From the NCBI GenBank assembly GCA_965203515.1, contig OZ241907.1:2464001-2528000 (forward strand): a stretch of 64,000 nucleotides of DNA, read 5' to 3'. The DNA is from Spirochaetia bacterium (GTDB lineage: Bacteria > Spirochaetota > Spirochaetia > SZUA-6 > Bin103). Positions 47,316-58,379 of this stretch are shown here, one piece after another. Numbering within the stretch: the stretch's first letter is position 1; each line of letters opens with the position of its first letter. Position numbers and translations under genes: made by a program. The notes under the pieces were generated by a model. The model did no database searches. It had not been told where the DNA came from and worked only from the letters and a program-made list of their open reading frames with translations.

Positions 47316-48049
47316 GCGATCCAGCCGTCCATGTCGCGGCTCCGCAACGTGCCCAGCAGGCGGTCGGCCTCCGGGCGCGATGCGTACGGACCGATCCGCA
47401 CGCGGTGCATGGTGACGCCGCCGGCGTCGTGCGCCGTAATCCGCCCGGCATAGCCCTGGCCGCTGAGCAGTTTGTACAGGTCGTCGGCTCGTGATCGGGA
47501 GGAAAACGATCCGACCTGGATCCAGTACTGGTGGCCGCCGGCCGCGCGTGGCGCCGGAGCCGGCGCGGGCGTCGGCGCCGGCGCGGCGGCGACCGGAGCC
47601 GCAGGTCGGGTTGCGGCGGGTTGCGCCGTGCGGGACGGCGCCGGTGCTGCTGCCGCAGGCGCCGGCGCTGCCGGTGGCGAAGACGCTGCCGGTAGCGAAG
47701 ACGCTACGGGCAGCGAAGAGGCTGAAGAGGGTGCGGCACGCGGCGTCAACCGGCCGGACGTATCGGGGAACGCCGGCGACGCTGCCGGGGCATCCAGGTC
47801 GCCTACCACCAGGGATACCTGCCGGGTCGGCTCCGTGCTGTCGATCAACCCCGGCGTCTCCTGGTCGTCGCGCACGTATTCGAACGGATCGAACGGTGAA
47901 CCGTCGGCGTACGTGACCGTGATCTCGGCCTCCTGGGCGCCGCGCGGTCGCAGGAAATAGAGGCCGCCGGCCAGCACCACGACGACCAGCAGGCTGACCG
48001 CCACGACCGCCCAGAGTACCCGTTGCGTATCGGCCGATTGCTTCTCCAT
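47306..48049 (-). CDS. SPOR-domain cell division protein
   Basis: N-terminal TM helix, Pro/Ala linker, YWIQVGSFSS...HRVRIGPY.SR.EA. Confidence 0.88.
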   Translation of the reverse strand: MEKQSADTQRVLWAVVAVSLLVVVVLAGGLYFLRPRGAQEAEITVTYADGSPFDPFEYVRDDQETPGLIDSTEPTRQVSLVVGDLDAPAASPAFPDTSGRLTPRAAPSSASSLPVASSLPAASSPPAAPAPAAAAPAPSRTAQPAATRPAAPVAAAPAPTPAPAPAPRAAGGHQYWIQVGSFSSRSRADDLYKLLSGQGYAGRITAHDAGGVTMHRVRIGPYASRPEADRLLGTLRSRDMDGWIAQG

Positions 48050-48059
48050 TCGTCCTCCC

Positions 48060-48650
48060 TCATCGGCGGCGATCGAGGATACGCTCGACCTGTCGCCGGA
48101 GCACGCCTCTCGTCGCCACGTTATAGACGGAGCGACGAAATACACTACCTGTATCGACGGTCGCGGACCGACGCTTGAGCCGGCGGCCGCGTTGCGCCCA
48201 CATGGTCCGCAGCACGGTGGCGGGCCGTCCGCCACCGATGGCCAGCGTGCGGTACAGACGCATCAGGAGCGGCGCGCGCACCCAGAGCACCAGGTCGCAG
48301 AGCGCGTCGAGCCCCATGGGATGAAGCAGCGCCGCGTCGATGACCACGGCCGCCGGCTCGACGGTGACCAGGGTCGTCACGCGGCGCACCATCACCGGAT
48401 GCACGATCGCCTCCAGACGGCGCCGCGCCTCCGCCGTGCGGAACACCAGCGCCCCGAGGCGGCGTCGATCGATCTGTCCGTCGGGAAACAGGATGCCCCG
48501 GCCGAAGGCGCTGACGATGCGGTCGCGCTCGGTGACCAGTGCCCGGTGGCCAAGCCGGTCGACGTCGATCACCCGGTAGCCGGCATCCGCCAGCATCCCC
48601 GCCACCGCGCTCTTGCCGGAACCGAGCTTGCCGGCCACGCCGACGACCAC
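48060..48650 (-). CDS. coaE: Dephospho-CoA kinase
   Basis: GVAGKLGSGKS, IDVD.LGH, IDRRRLG..VF, LEAIVHP, DAALL. Confidence 0.9.
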   Translation of the reverse strand: MVVGVAGKLGSGKSAVAGMLADAGYRVIDVDRLGHRALVTERDRIVSAFGRGILFPDGQIDRRRLGALVFRTAEARRRLEAIVHPVMVRRVTTLVTVEPAAVVIDAALLHPMGLDALCDLVLWVRAPLLMRLYRTLAIGGGRPATVLRTMWAQRGRRLKRRSATVDTGSVFRRSVYNVATRGVLRRQVERILDRRR

Positions 48651-48668
48651 GCCTGTCGGCCGCTCGGG

Positions 48669-50165
48669 TTACGCCGTGGCGGCGCGGTGTGCGGCGGCCG
48701 GCTGCGGCTTGACGCTCTCCGGGAACTGACGGCCGGTGAACAGGCGAAACTGCTCGTACGCCTGTTCGGCCAGCATCTGCCTGCCGTCGATGATGGCGCA
48801 TCCCGCCTCTCGCGCACGCTTCAGGATCGGCGTCAACCCCTCACCGTAGACCAGATCGTAGACCACCTCGTGTCCGCGAAAGGGGTACGCCGCCAGTGGA
48901 TCGCCCGGATTGTCGGGCAGCCCCATGCTGGTGGTCTGGACGATCAGCTCGTCGTAGGCCGGCACCCGCGCCAGCCCTGGCGCATCGAGTCCCGCGGCCG
49001 TCGCTCCGTGCTCCAAAGCCAAGGCATGCGCGCGCTCCGCGGTCCGATTGAGGATCAGCAGCTCGGCGCCGAGCGAACGCAACGCGAAGGCGACCGCGCG
49101 GGCGGCGCCCCCCGCCCCGACCACCGCGGCGCGCCGCGGCGCGAACGACATCCGCCGGAGCGGAGCCAGAAAGCCGTGCATGTCCGTGTTTTCGCCCCGC
49201 CAACCGTTCCGCTCCCGCACCAGCGTGTTGCACGCCCCGACCCGCCGAACGGTCGCGCCGGCGACCGACATGCGCGCCGCGCGGCCCTTGTGAGGGATCG
49301 TCACCGAACAGCCATCCAGCGGCAGAAGCCGTGCCAGTCGATCGAGCTCCGCCAGGTCATCCAGCTCGATCGGCACGTAGACCGCATCGATATCCGCCGC
49401 CGCCAGCGCGGGGTTGTGGATATGCGGCGAGCGCGAGTGCGACAGCGGCGTGCCGACCACGCCCAGTACGCGGGTGCCGGCATGGATCGAGCGGAACCGG
49501 TAGAGATCGACCATGGCGGCCGGGTCGAGGTGGCCCGGCGCGGCCGACCGCCCGGCCAGCGAACAGAACGTCAGATAGTTGCCCAGATGGGCCGCCAGGA
49601 TGCGTGTGGGCAGGCCGAAGCGGCCCATGCCCAGCACGATGCGTTCGCGGCCGTCGCCGGCCGCTCCCAGCCCCCGCGCGGCTTCGATCACGTCGACCAT
49701 CTCCCTGCCGGTGCGCGGGGTTACCGCCGCCTTGGCGATCTCCGCCGGCGAGCGAGGAAGCTTGCGGACGATCCGGCCAAGCGGCTGCGGAACGGCGCCC
49801 GTGTCGTGCAGGGAGCGGATCACCCGCACGCCGGCCGGCACCGCCTCGTCGAAGGACCGGTCCACGTCGGACTCCAGATCGACGTAGCGGTAGCCGTCGG
49901 CCGCGGCGGCGATCAACCGGCGGCGCGCCGACTCGTCGCCGCGAAACCGCCCACTCTCGGCCACGCGCCGGACCGTGAGGATGGCGGGCGCCCCGATCAT
50001 GTCCGGGAACCGGCGCAGGTGCGGCAGTTCTCCCTGGTCCAGAAAATCGGCCCGCAACTCGACGACGTCGATGCGGGCGGCGTTGGCGCGCGCCAGATCG
50101 GCCGCGCGCGCCAACGTAGGCTCGGTCAGCGACAGGCAGAGCCGGGCCGACCCGCGATCGCTCAG
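48669..50165 (-). CDS. aroE: Fused type I 3-dehydroquinate dehydratase / shikimate dehydrogenase (AroD-AroE)
   Basis: ELRAD, SLHD, APGH (AroD); HSRSP..HN, SVTIPHK, ACNT, NTD, GAGGAARA, DGRQML (AroE). The conserved LCLSL strand lies upstream of the TTG at 50114, so the start is inferred to be CTG at 50165. Confidence 0.88.
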   Translation of the reverse strand: MSDRGSARLCLSLTEPTLARAADLARANAARIDVVELRADFLDQGELPHLRRFPDMIGAPAILTVRRVAESGRFRGDESARRRLIAAAADGYRYVDLESDVDRSFDEAVPAGVRVIRSLHDTGAVPQPLGRIVRKLPRSPAEIAKAAVTPRTGREMVDVIEAARGLGAAGDGRERIVLGMGRFGLPTRILAAHLGNYLTFCSLAGRSAAPGHLDPAAMVDLYRFRSIHAGTRVLGVVGTPLSHSRSPHIHNPALAAADIDAVYVPIELDDLAELDRLARLLPLDGCSVTIPHKGRAARMSVAGATVRRVGACNTLVRERNGWRGENTDMHGFLAPLRRMSFAPRRAAVVGAGGAARAVAFALRSLGAELLILNRTAERAHALALEHGATAAGLDAPGLARVPAYDELIVQTTSMGLPDNPGDPLAAYPFRGHEVVYDLVYGEGLTPILKRAREAGCAIIDGRQMLAEQAYEQFRLFTGRQFPESVKPQPAAAHRAATA

Positions 50166-52681
50166 AGCGCCGGAATGATCAGTTGCCAGTTCGGATAGAT
50201 CAGGTCAGGATTCTGAATCAGGGTCCGGTTGCGCCGCCAGATTCTGGGCCACAGGAACGGATCGCCGTAGTGGAAGTCGTACTCGGCGATACGCCACAGG
50301 CTGTCGCGCCGATCCGGGATGTACCGAACCGTATAGACGGCCAGCACCGCGTACAGCTTGTAGAGGTCCAGGTACCGCCGAGCGTCCTCGAAGAGCGCCA
50401 TGGCCTGACGGTACTTGCCGTCATCGTTCGCCACGACTCCGTCGATCCACAGCGCCTGCGCCTTGCGCAGCGCGCCGGCGTCCTCACGCTCGACCCCGTC
50501 GAGCACCGCCTGCCGTTGCGCCCCGCCGGCGCGCAGCGCGTCCAGCACCTCCTGGCCCGACCACGGCTGCGGCAGGATCACCTCGCCCAGCTCCGTCACC
50601 ACGGTCAGCTCAGACGCCGCTTCGATCTCCTTCATCACCGCGAGCAGCATCTCGGCGGCCCGCTCCATGTCGTCGATGTAGCCCTCATCGGCTACGGCCA
50701 TCAACCTGCGGCAGACCTCTACCGCGGCCAGGAACGCCTCTTCCGCGTCGGTGAGGCGGTAGCTCTGCATCGCTTCCAGACCGGTCAAGTACAGGGCGTT
50801 GAGCTGCTGATACAGCGACTGCATCTGGTCCAGCCGATGCTGCGACCACTCGCTGGTGTCGAGCCGTTGCGCTTCGGCGAGGCAACGCTCCGCCTCCGCG
50901 CGCGCTCCGTACAACACCTCCAGCCGATCCAGGAGCGAGTCCCGCAGGGCCAACATGGCGTCGGCGGTGGTCAGGGCCAACCGGTATGCGCCGAACAGGT
51001 CACCGGACCGGTACAACTCCTCGACCTGCTGCACCGCGTCGACCATCTCCTGAAAGGCGACCGGTACCCAGAGGTCCGCCTGGATCTCCCGCAACTCTTC
51101 CAGCCGTTCGGCCAGCAACTTGCGCAGCCGCTCCGCCGCCAGCCGCACCGAGTTCTCGAACGCCTCGGTCGCGCTCACTTCGGCTACCTGCAGGGCCATG
51201 CGCGCTCCGCCGGGATCGACGTTGAGGAGCCGTTCGGCGGTGCGCAACATCTCGCGAGCCGTTTCCAGGTTCTGCGGATCGTAGAATTCCGCGTTCGCCT
51301 CTTCGGCGCGCGCTATGAGCACGCGGACCCGGTCGAAGTCGGCATCCGTCGGCGCCTCTATGACCGTCGGCCCGCCAGCGCTCGACGGCTGCGGATGAGT
51401 CAGGGAGACCGGCACCGCCATGACGGCCATCAGGGGCGGAGGCGGCGACGACGGCTCGGCCTGCGCGATCCGTTCGCGCACGGCGTCCGCTCCGCCGGCG
51501 GTCATCGGCGGCGCCGGCTCGACCAGCTCGATCCTCGGTCCCATGGCCAGGACCTCGGGATACGGCGGCGGCGCCGGTTCGACTCCTGCCGCCTGCTGCG
51601 CCGGCGTGCCGCCTGCGCCCACGCCCACCGGCGCCACCGGCTCCGACACCGCGTTGACCAGCATCACGCCCGACACGTCAGGGTTCGACGGCCGCCCCGG
51701 CTCCATCAGCGTCATCTGGCCCGGCACGCCGCCCGCGCCTACGCCCACCGGCGCCGCCGGCTCCGACACCGCGTTGACCAGCATCACGCCCGACACGTCA
51801 GGGTTCGACGGCCGCCCCGGCTCCATCAACGCCATCTGGCCCGGCACGCCGCCCGCGCCTACGCCCACCGGCGCCGCCGGCTCCGACACCGCGTTGACCA
51901 GCATCACGCCCGACACGTCAGGGTTCGACGGCCGCTCCGGCTCCATCAGCGCCATCTGGCCCGGCACGCCGCCCGCGCCCACGCCCACCGGCGCCGCCGG
52001 CTCAGCCATCGCGCCGACCAGCATCACGCCCGACACGTCAGGATTCGACGGCCGCCCCGGCTCCATCAGCGCCATCTGGCCCGGCACGCCGCCCGCGCCC
52101 ACGCCCACCGGCGCCGCCGGCTCAGCCATCGCGCCGACCAGCATCGCGCCCGACACGTCAGGATTCGGCGGCCGCTCCGGCTCCATCAGCGCCATCTGGC
52201 CCGGCATGCCGCCCGCGCCTGCGCCCACCGGCGCCGCCGGCGCCGCCATCGCGGCGACCAGCATCGCTCTCGACACGTCGGGATTCGGCGGCCGTTCCGG
52301 CTCCATCAGCGCCGCCTGGCCCGGCACGCCGCCCGCCGGCGCCGCCGGCGCCGCCATCGCGGCGACCAGCACCACTCCCGACACGTCGGGATTCGGCGGC
52401 CGTTCCGGCTCCATCAACGCGGTGAGGTTGGCGGTCCCTCCGGCCCCTGCCAGATCGGCGTCGATGACCGGTTGGGCCGGCTGCGGCAGCGCGGCCGCGT
52501 CTTCGAGCACCGGCAGCATCGGTCTGGCCGGTTCGGCCGCGACGAGCGCCGTCGATGAAGGCGCCGCGACGTCGACGGCGTCAAGGCGCGGCGCCTGATC
52601 CACCGGTCCGGGCGGGGTAACGCAGACCGTAAGCACCAATGGTACTACGGCAGCGATCGCGAGGCGCCACCATCTGCTCAT
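50162..52681 (-). CDS. Lipoprotein with 40-aa tandem repeats, a helical region and a C-terminal spirochaete-type LysM domain
   Basis: Lipobox-like LTVC; YTV......DSLWRIA....YGDPFLWPRIW..N....NPDLIYP..QLIIP. Alternative start at 52696. Confidence 0.8.
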   Translation of the reverse strand: MSRWWRLAIAAVVPLVLTVCVTPPGPVDQAPRLDAVDVAAPSSTALVAAEPARPMLPVLEDAAALPQPAQPVIDADLAGAGGTANLTALMEPERPPNPDVSGVVLVAAMAAPAAPAGGVPGQAALMEPERPPNPDVSRAMLVAAMAAPAAPVGAGAGGMPGQMALMEPERPPNPDVSGAMLVGAMAEPAAPVGVGAGGVPGQMALMEPGRPSNPDVSGVMLVGAMAEPAAPVGVGAGGVPGQMALMEPERPSNPDVSGVMLVNAVSEPAAPVGVGAGGVPGQMALMEPGRPSNPDVSGVMLVNAVSEPAAPVGVGAGGVPGQMTLMEPGRPSNPDVSGVMLVNAVSEPVAPVGVGAGGTPAQQAAGVEPAPPPYPEVLAMGPRIELVEPAPPMTAGGADAVRERIAQAEPSSPPPPLMAVMAVPVSLTHPQPSSAGGPTVIEAPTDADFDRVRVLIARAEEANAEFYDPQNLETAREMLRTAERLLNVDPGGARMALQVAEVSATEAFENSVRLAAERLRKLLAERLEELREIQADLWVPVAFQEMVDAVQQVEELYRSGDLFGAYRLALTTADAMLALRDSLLDRLEVLYGARAEAERCLAEAQRLDTSEWSQHRLDQMQSLYQQLNALYLTGLEAMQSYRLTDAEEAFLAAVEVCRRLMAVADEGYIDDMERAAEMLLAVMKEIEAASELTVVTELGEVILPQPWSGQEVLDALRAGGAQRQAVLDGVEREDAGALRKAQALWIDGVVANDDGKYRQAMALFEDARRYLDLYKLYAVLAVYTVRYIPDRRDSLWRIAEYDFHYGDPFLWPRIWRRNRTLIQNPDLIYPNWQLIIPAL
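51600..52420 (-). repeat. Intragenic 120-bp tandem repeat (about 7 units)
   Basis: GCATC(A/G)C(G/T)C..GACACGTC recurs at 51661, 51781, 51901, 52021, 52141 and 52261, plus a shortened unit near 52370. It encodes ALMEPxRPxNPDVSGxMLVxAxxEPAAPVGVGAGGVPGQ. Confidence 0.95.
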
Positions 52682-52732
52682 CCAGTGCCTGGTCATAAGT
52701 TTCGCCCGTACCTTCCTTTCCTGTCGATCGCG

Positions 52733-53845
52733 TCAGACGGCGGCGGCCGTAGCCTGGGTGAGAGACGCTTCCGTCTCCAAGTCGAAATAATGCACCCGAT
52801 CCATGTTCGGACGCAACGAGATCTCCGTGCCGACCCGTACGTCCACGTCCGGAGCGACCTTGGCGATGAGCTGATTGGACCCGACCGTCAGGTAGACGTG
52901 CGTCTCGGCGCCCAGCGGCTCGACGACGTCGACCGACGCCGTGATCGTGTCGCCGCGCGTGTCATCCGTATACGACAGGTCCTCCGGCCGTATGCCGAGC
53001 AGCACGTCCCGTCCGACGTGCGACCGCAGACGGTCCTGGTGAGCGGTGGCGACCTCGATCTGGAAGCCGGAGTCGTCGATGATCAGCTTGCCGCCCGACT
53101 CCTTCAGACTGACCTTCAGGATGTTCATCGGCGGCGACCCGATGAACCCGGCGACGAATCGGTTGACCGGCGTGTTGTACAGCGCGAGCGGCGTACCGAT
53201 CTGCTGAATCACCCCGTCGCGCATCACCACGATGCGGTCGCCCATGGTCATCGCCTCTACCTGATCGTGGGTGACGTAGACCATGGTCGCCTGCAGGCGG
53301 GTATGCAGGGACGCCAGCTCCGCGCGCATCTGCACGCGCAGCTTGGCGTCGAGATTGGAGAGCGGCTCGTCGAACAGGAACACCTTGGGCTTGCGGACGA
53401 TCGCCCGGCCGACCGCGACGCGCTGCCGCTGACCGCCGGACAGCGCCTTGGGCTTGCGATCCAGCAACTCTTCGATGTCCAGGATCTGCGCCGCGTCGCG
53501 CACGCGGGTTTCGATCTCGCTACGCGGGTACTTTCTGATCTTCAGTCCGAAGGCCATGTTCTCGTACACCGACATGTGCGGGTACAGCGCGTAGTTCTGA
53601 AATACCATGGCGATGTCGCGATCCTTGGGCGCGACGTCGTTCATGCGCTTGCCGTCGATCGCCAGTTCGCCGTCGGTGATCTCCTCAAGGCCGGCGATGC
53701 AGCGCAGAGTCGTCGTCTTGCCGCATCCCGACGGGCCGACGAGTACCAGGAACTCCTTGTCCTGTACGCTGATGTTGGCGTTGTCGACCGCCTTCACCCC
53801 GCCTTCGTAGATCTTGGATACGTTTTGGAGATCAACGGTAGCCAT
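52733..53845 (-). CDS. Sugar ABC transporter ATP-binding protein (MalK/UgpC family)
   Basis: GPSGCGKTT, VFQNYALYPH, LSGGQRQR, DEPLSNLDAKLR, TOBE tail. Confidence 0.95.
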   Translation of the reverse strand: MATVDLQNVSKIYEGGVKAVDNANISVQDKEFLVLVGPSGCGKTTTLRCIAGLEEITDGELAIDGKRMNDVAPKDRDIAMVFQNYALYPHMSVYENMAFGLKIRKYPRSEIETRVRDAAQILDIEELLDRKPKALSGGQRQRVAVGRAIVRKPKVFLFDEPLSNLDAKLRVQMRAELASLHTRLQATMVYVTHDQVEAMTMGDRIVVMRDGVIQQIGTPLALYNTPVNRFVAGFIGSPPMNILKVSLKESGGKLIIDDSGFQIEVATAHQDRLRSHVGRDVLLGIRPEDLSYTDDTRGDTITASVDVVEPLGAETHVYLTVGSNQLIAKVAPDVDVRVGTEISLRPNMDRVHYFDLETEASLTQATAAAV

Positions 53846-53905
53846 GCTCTCTTTCTCCCGGTCCGAGCATGGAGACCATGCCCAGCAGTCGTGTGTTTGG
53901 GCGCA

Positions 53906-53934
53906 AACGTACCGGCCCTTCGCATCCGTGTCAA
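53906..53934 (-). promoter_or_regulatory. sigma70 promoter TTGACA-17-TACGTT for the malK-like operon
   Basis: Near-consensus hexamers at optimal spacing; small hairpin GCATGG-AGA-CCATGC at 53867-53881 in the leader. Confidence 0.65.
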
Positions 53935-55217
53935 CGCGCCGTCGCGGCGGGTTCCCGGGTCGGGGTTCGCAGAGCGCTCCGGTCCGCGGAAACCGCGCCG
54001 AGCCGCCGCTGCCGCCAGTCGTCGATCGCCCGCGCCAGCGGCGGCTGCTCGACGCCTTGCACCGCGGCGCGCAGCCACGGCAGCACCACCGCGGCGCGCA
54101 ACGCTCCCCAGTCGGAGCTGAGCGCGGCCGGAGCGGTCAGCTCGGCCGCCTCCGGCACGCGCCCGAGCATGAAGGGGTAGCGGGCGGGCAGCTCGTGAGC
54201 GGCCACTTCGGTCAGGGCCGGCAGTCCGCCGGCGATGCCGAACCCGGTGAGATGCTCGCGACGGCCGAGGTCGAGCAGCGCCGCCTGCGTCGCCGGCTCG
54301 AACAGCCACAGCAGGAACGACTGCGCGCCGCGCGCATTGCGCGCGCCCGCGCGGATCGCCGCATAGGTCACGCCGTCGCTCGGCTGCAGCCGGTCATCCC
54401 TGCCGAGCCAGCGGAACCCGAGCAGACCGCTCCGGTCGCCGGGAATGTCCAGAAACCCCTGCAGGTCGGTCACGAAGAAGTCGATCCGGCCGTCCAGGAG
54501 CATCTCCGGGAGTGGGCGGGCGCGCGGCGCGCCGTCGAGCAGGGGAGGGGCGAACGGGGCGCCGGCGGCCGCGGCGGTCAAGCCGCGCGCCAGCTCGACC
54601 GCCCGGTCGACCGCGCCCGGTTCGAAGCCGATCCGGCCGTCCGGCAACAGCCGGAAATCGGCGCCGTAGAACACCGCCGAGCGGTATACCAACTCCGCGT
54701 CCCAACCGAGCGCCGCCGCCTCGCGCCCGGCCAACTCCTCCGGGGTGACCGCGAACGGCGGGACGTCGCCGTCGCGTGCGCCCACCACCACCAGCGGAAG
54801 GCGAAACGACAGCGGCACGGCGCGCTGGACGCCGCGCACGCGGCCGGACCGCAGCAGGTCGGGGAAGAAGGCGGAGGCGTCCAGACGGCCGGGGCGGAAC
54901 AGCCGGTCCAGCGATCGCACCCGCCGCGCCAGGTCGCCGCCGGCAAGTCCCGGCCCGATCAGCACGTCGGCGTCGCTGCCGCCGCGCGCGAGCAGCTCGG
55001 CCGGGCCGCTGACGTACCGGGTGAGCACGCGGTACCGGTCCTGAGCAAGATTGTAACGCTCGGCGTACGCGGCGACATCCGGGCTGGCGGTATCGAGCCG
55101 CACCAGCGGGCCTGACCACGCCGAACAGGCGGCCAGACAGCCAGCGAAGCACAGGCCGAGCGCGGCCCCGACAGCCCCGACATCCGGCAGCCGGCCCCGC
55201 ACGCCGCGGATCGACAC
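53931..55217 (-). CDS. Extracellular solute-binding-like lipoprotein
   Basis: Lipobox LAAC, AERYN..Q, VPLSF.LP, A.SFL.WLF....Q; adjacent to the ABC ATPase. Start position uncertain. Confidence 0.6.
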   Translation of the reverse strand: MSIRGVRGRLPDVGAVGAALGLCFAGCLAACSAWSGPLVRLDTASPDVAAYAERYNLAQDRYRVLTRYVSGPAELLARGGSDADVLIGPGLAGGDLARRVRSLDRLFRPGRLDASAFFPDLLRSGRVRGVQRAVPLSFRLPLVVVGARDGDVPPFAVTPEELAGREAAALGWDAELVYRSAVFYGADFRLLPDGRIGFEPGAVDRAVELARGLTAAAAGAPFAPPLLDGAPRARPLPEMLLDGRIDFFVTDLQGFLDIPGDRSGLLGFRWLGRDDRLQPSDGVTYAAIRAGARNARGAQSFLLWLFEPATQAALLDLGRREHLTGFGIAGGLPALTEVAAHELPARYPFMLGRVPEAAELTAPAALSSDWGALRAAVVLPWLRAAVQGVEQPPLARAIDDWRQRRLGAVSADRSALRTPTREPAATAR

Positions 55218-55240
55218 CCGATGGACCGACCGGCAGCGGA

Positions 55241-56587
55241 TCAGCGCCGCGCCGCGCCGCCTCCGGGCTCGCCGTGACGCGCCGCGCAGCGCTCGGCGGC
55301 GGCGTAGATTTCGGCGTACAGCTCCGGCAGGTCGTCGGTGTCGACCCCGGCGAACGCCACGCGCAGGTGTTCGGCGTCGACCGAGATGGTGCCGATGCCG
55401 CGCTCGTACAGAAGATGGCGCCGGACCTCTTCGGCGGTCCCGTCCGGCAGGTGGAAGCACATGAAGTAGCCGGAATTGAACGGCAGCGGCCGGATCGCCG
55501 AGCTCGACCGCCGGCCGAGCTCGCGCACCGTGGTCAGATAGCGCCGCCGCAGCTCCTCCTGGTTCGCGGCGCGCTGCCGCTCGTGCTCCGGATGGTCCAG
55601 GGCGGCCAGCACCAGGTGCTGGGCCATGCGGTTGGCGCTCGACACCGTGGAACGGATCGCCGCCATCGCCTTCTGCTCGAACGCCCGGTAGTGGCCGGCG
55701 TCCAGCCCGGCGGCGCCGACGGTGACGAAGCCGATCCGGAAGCCCCAGACGTACTCCTCCTTGGTCGGCCCGTCGACCTTTACCGCCAGCAGGTTCCGGT
55801 GCAGGTCCGCCAGGCGGGCGAACAGCGATTCCCGCAGCGTTTCCGCTTCATAGCACAGACCGTGATAGGCGTCGTCGACCAGCACCACCAGGTGCAGCCC
55901 GCGCTCGGCCGCGCCGCCCAAGGCGGCGATCAGCCGGTCCGCCTCCGCCCGGTCCGGCGAATAGCCGGTCGGGTTATGCGGGAAGTTGAACATCAGCACG
56001 ACCTTGGCGCCGGTCGGATGCGCGGCGAGCGCCCGTTCCACCTCACCCACGGCCATGGCGGCGTTGGCGGAATCGAAGAACGGATAGCTGTCCACGCGCG
56101 CGCCGCGCCGTTCGTTCATGATCAACCGGTAGTTGCCCCACACCAGGTCCGGCAGCAGCACCGGATCGCCGGCATCGACGAACAGATCGGCCGCCATCGC
56201 GATGCCGGCGGTCAGGCCGGCCGTCACGACCGGCCGCGACACCGGAGACGCCAGCGACGGGCTCTTGGCGCGCAACTCGACCGCCCACCGGTCGCGCAGC
56301 TTCGGAATCCCGGCCGTGGGCGCGTACGCGAACGCCTCCTCGGCGGTCAGATCGGGCAGGCGGTCGGCGATCGACGGCAGGTGCATCGGCTGGCCGCCGC
56401 GGGCGGCCAGCCCCACGGTGGCGTTGAAGCGGCCGGCATGCTCGGCCGCTTCGGCCGACTGCGCCACGACCCCCTTGGGGAAGTAGAGCCGCGCCCCCAA
56501 CCGGGACAGGGAGCGGCCGATCGCGGTCGGCGCCAGGACCCGGTTGAGGTCGGCGGCGAGCGGGTGAATCGCGGGCGGCGCGGACAC
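55241..56587 (-). CDS. Class I/II PLP-dependent aminotransferase
   Basis: FPKG, NATVG, WGNY, NFPHNPTGY, DDAY, DGPTKE..WG.RIG. GTG 56587 is preferred; an upstream ATG lies at 56671. Confidence 0.88.
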   Translation of the reverse strand: MSAPPAIHPLAADLNRVLAPTAIGRSLSRLGARLYFPKGVVAQSAEAAEHAGRFNATVGLAARGGQPMHLPSIADRLPDLTAEEAFAYAPTAGIPKLRDRWAVELRAKSPSLASPVSRPVVTAGLTAGIAMAADLFVDAGDPVLLPDLVWGNYRLIMNERRGARVDSYPFFDSANAAMAVGEVERALAAHPTGAKVVLMFNFPHNPTGYSPDRAEADRLIAALGGAAERGLHLVVLVDDAYHGLCYEAETLRESLFARLADLHRNLLAVKVDGPTKEEYVWGFRIGFVTVGAAGLDAGHYRAFEQKAMAAIRSTVSSANRMAQHLVLAALDHPEHERQRAANQEELRRRYLTTVRELGRRSSSAIRPLPFNSGYFMCFHLPDGTAEEVRRHLLYERGIGTISVDAEHLRVAFAGVDTDDLPELYAEIYAAAERCAARHGEPGGGAARR

Positions 56588-56689
56588 GCTGCGCAGGATA
56601 CGGCCGGGGTATCGCCCGGTCAACGCGGGGACCCCCGGGGCCCCCGGCTTGACAGGACTCGGCTGACTCATGTCTGTTCAGGCAAGGAC

Positions 56690-58219
<1,530 letters not shown>

Positions 58220-58240
58220 GGTAAGCCGCCTGTCGTCAAG

Positions 58241-58288
58241 TCCTACCGAAAGGTATGGATAGTGACGGCATGATACCAAACGGTAGGA
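58241..58288. promoter_or_regulatory. Paired palindromic candidate enhancer (TACC-N4-GGTA, two copies 30 bp apart)
   Basis: TCCTACCGAAAGGTAT (58241-58256) and ATACCAAACGGTAGGA (58273-58288) are near reverse complements, about 90-135 bp upstream of the sigma54 start site. Confidence 0.65.
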
Positions 58289-58351
58289 TCGAAGATCGCC
58301 GTTCCTGCCATTCGGTCCCCCCGGTCCTGCCGCCGGCCGCGATCGCCAGTC

Positions 58352-58367
58352 TGGCACGCTCCTTGCT
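58352..58367 (+). promoter_or_regulatory. sigma54 -24/-12 promoter
   Basis: TGGCACGCTCCTTGCT matches TGGCACG-N4-TTGCW exactly. Confidence 0.92.
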
Positions 58368-58379
58368 TCAAGGGGGCGT

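Noticed and set aside
51600..52420. Possible CRISPR array
   Set aside because: Units are contiguous 120-bp in-frame coding repeats with no unique spacers, and no cas genes are present.
55274..56689. Apparent 470-aa N-terminal extension of the NifA-like protein
   Set aside because: It is antisense to the aminotransferase; the RBS and ATG at 56690 mark the real start.
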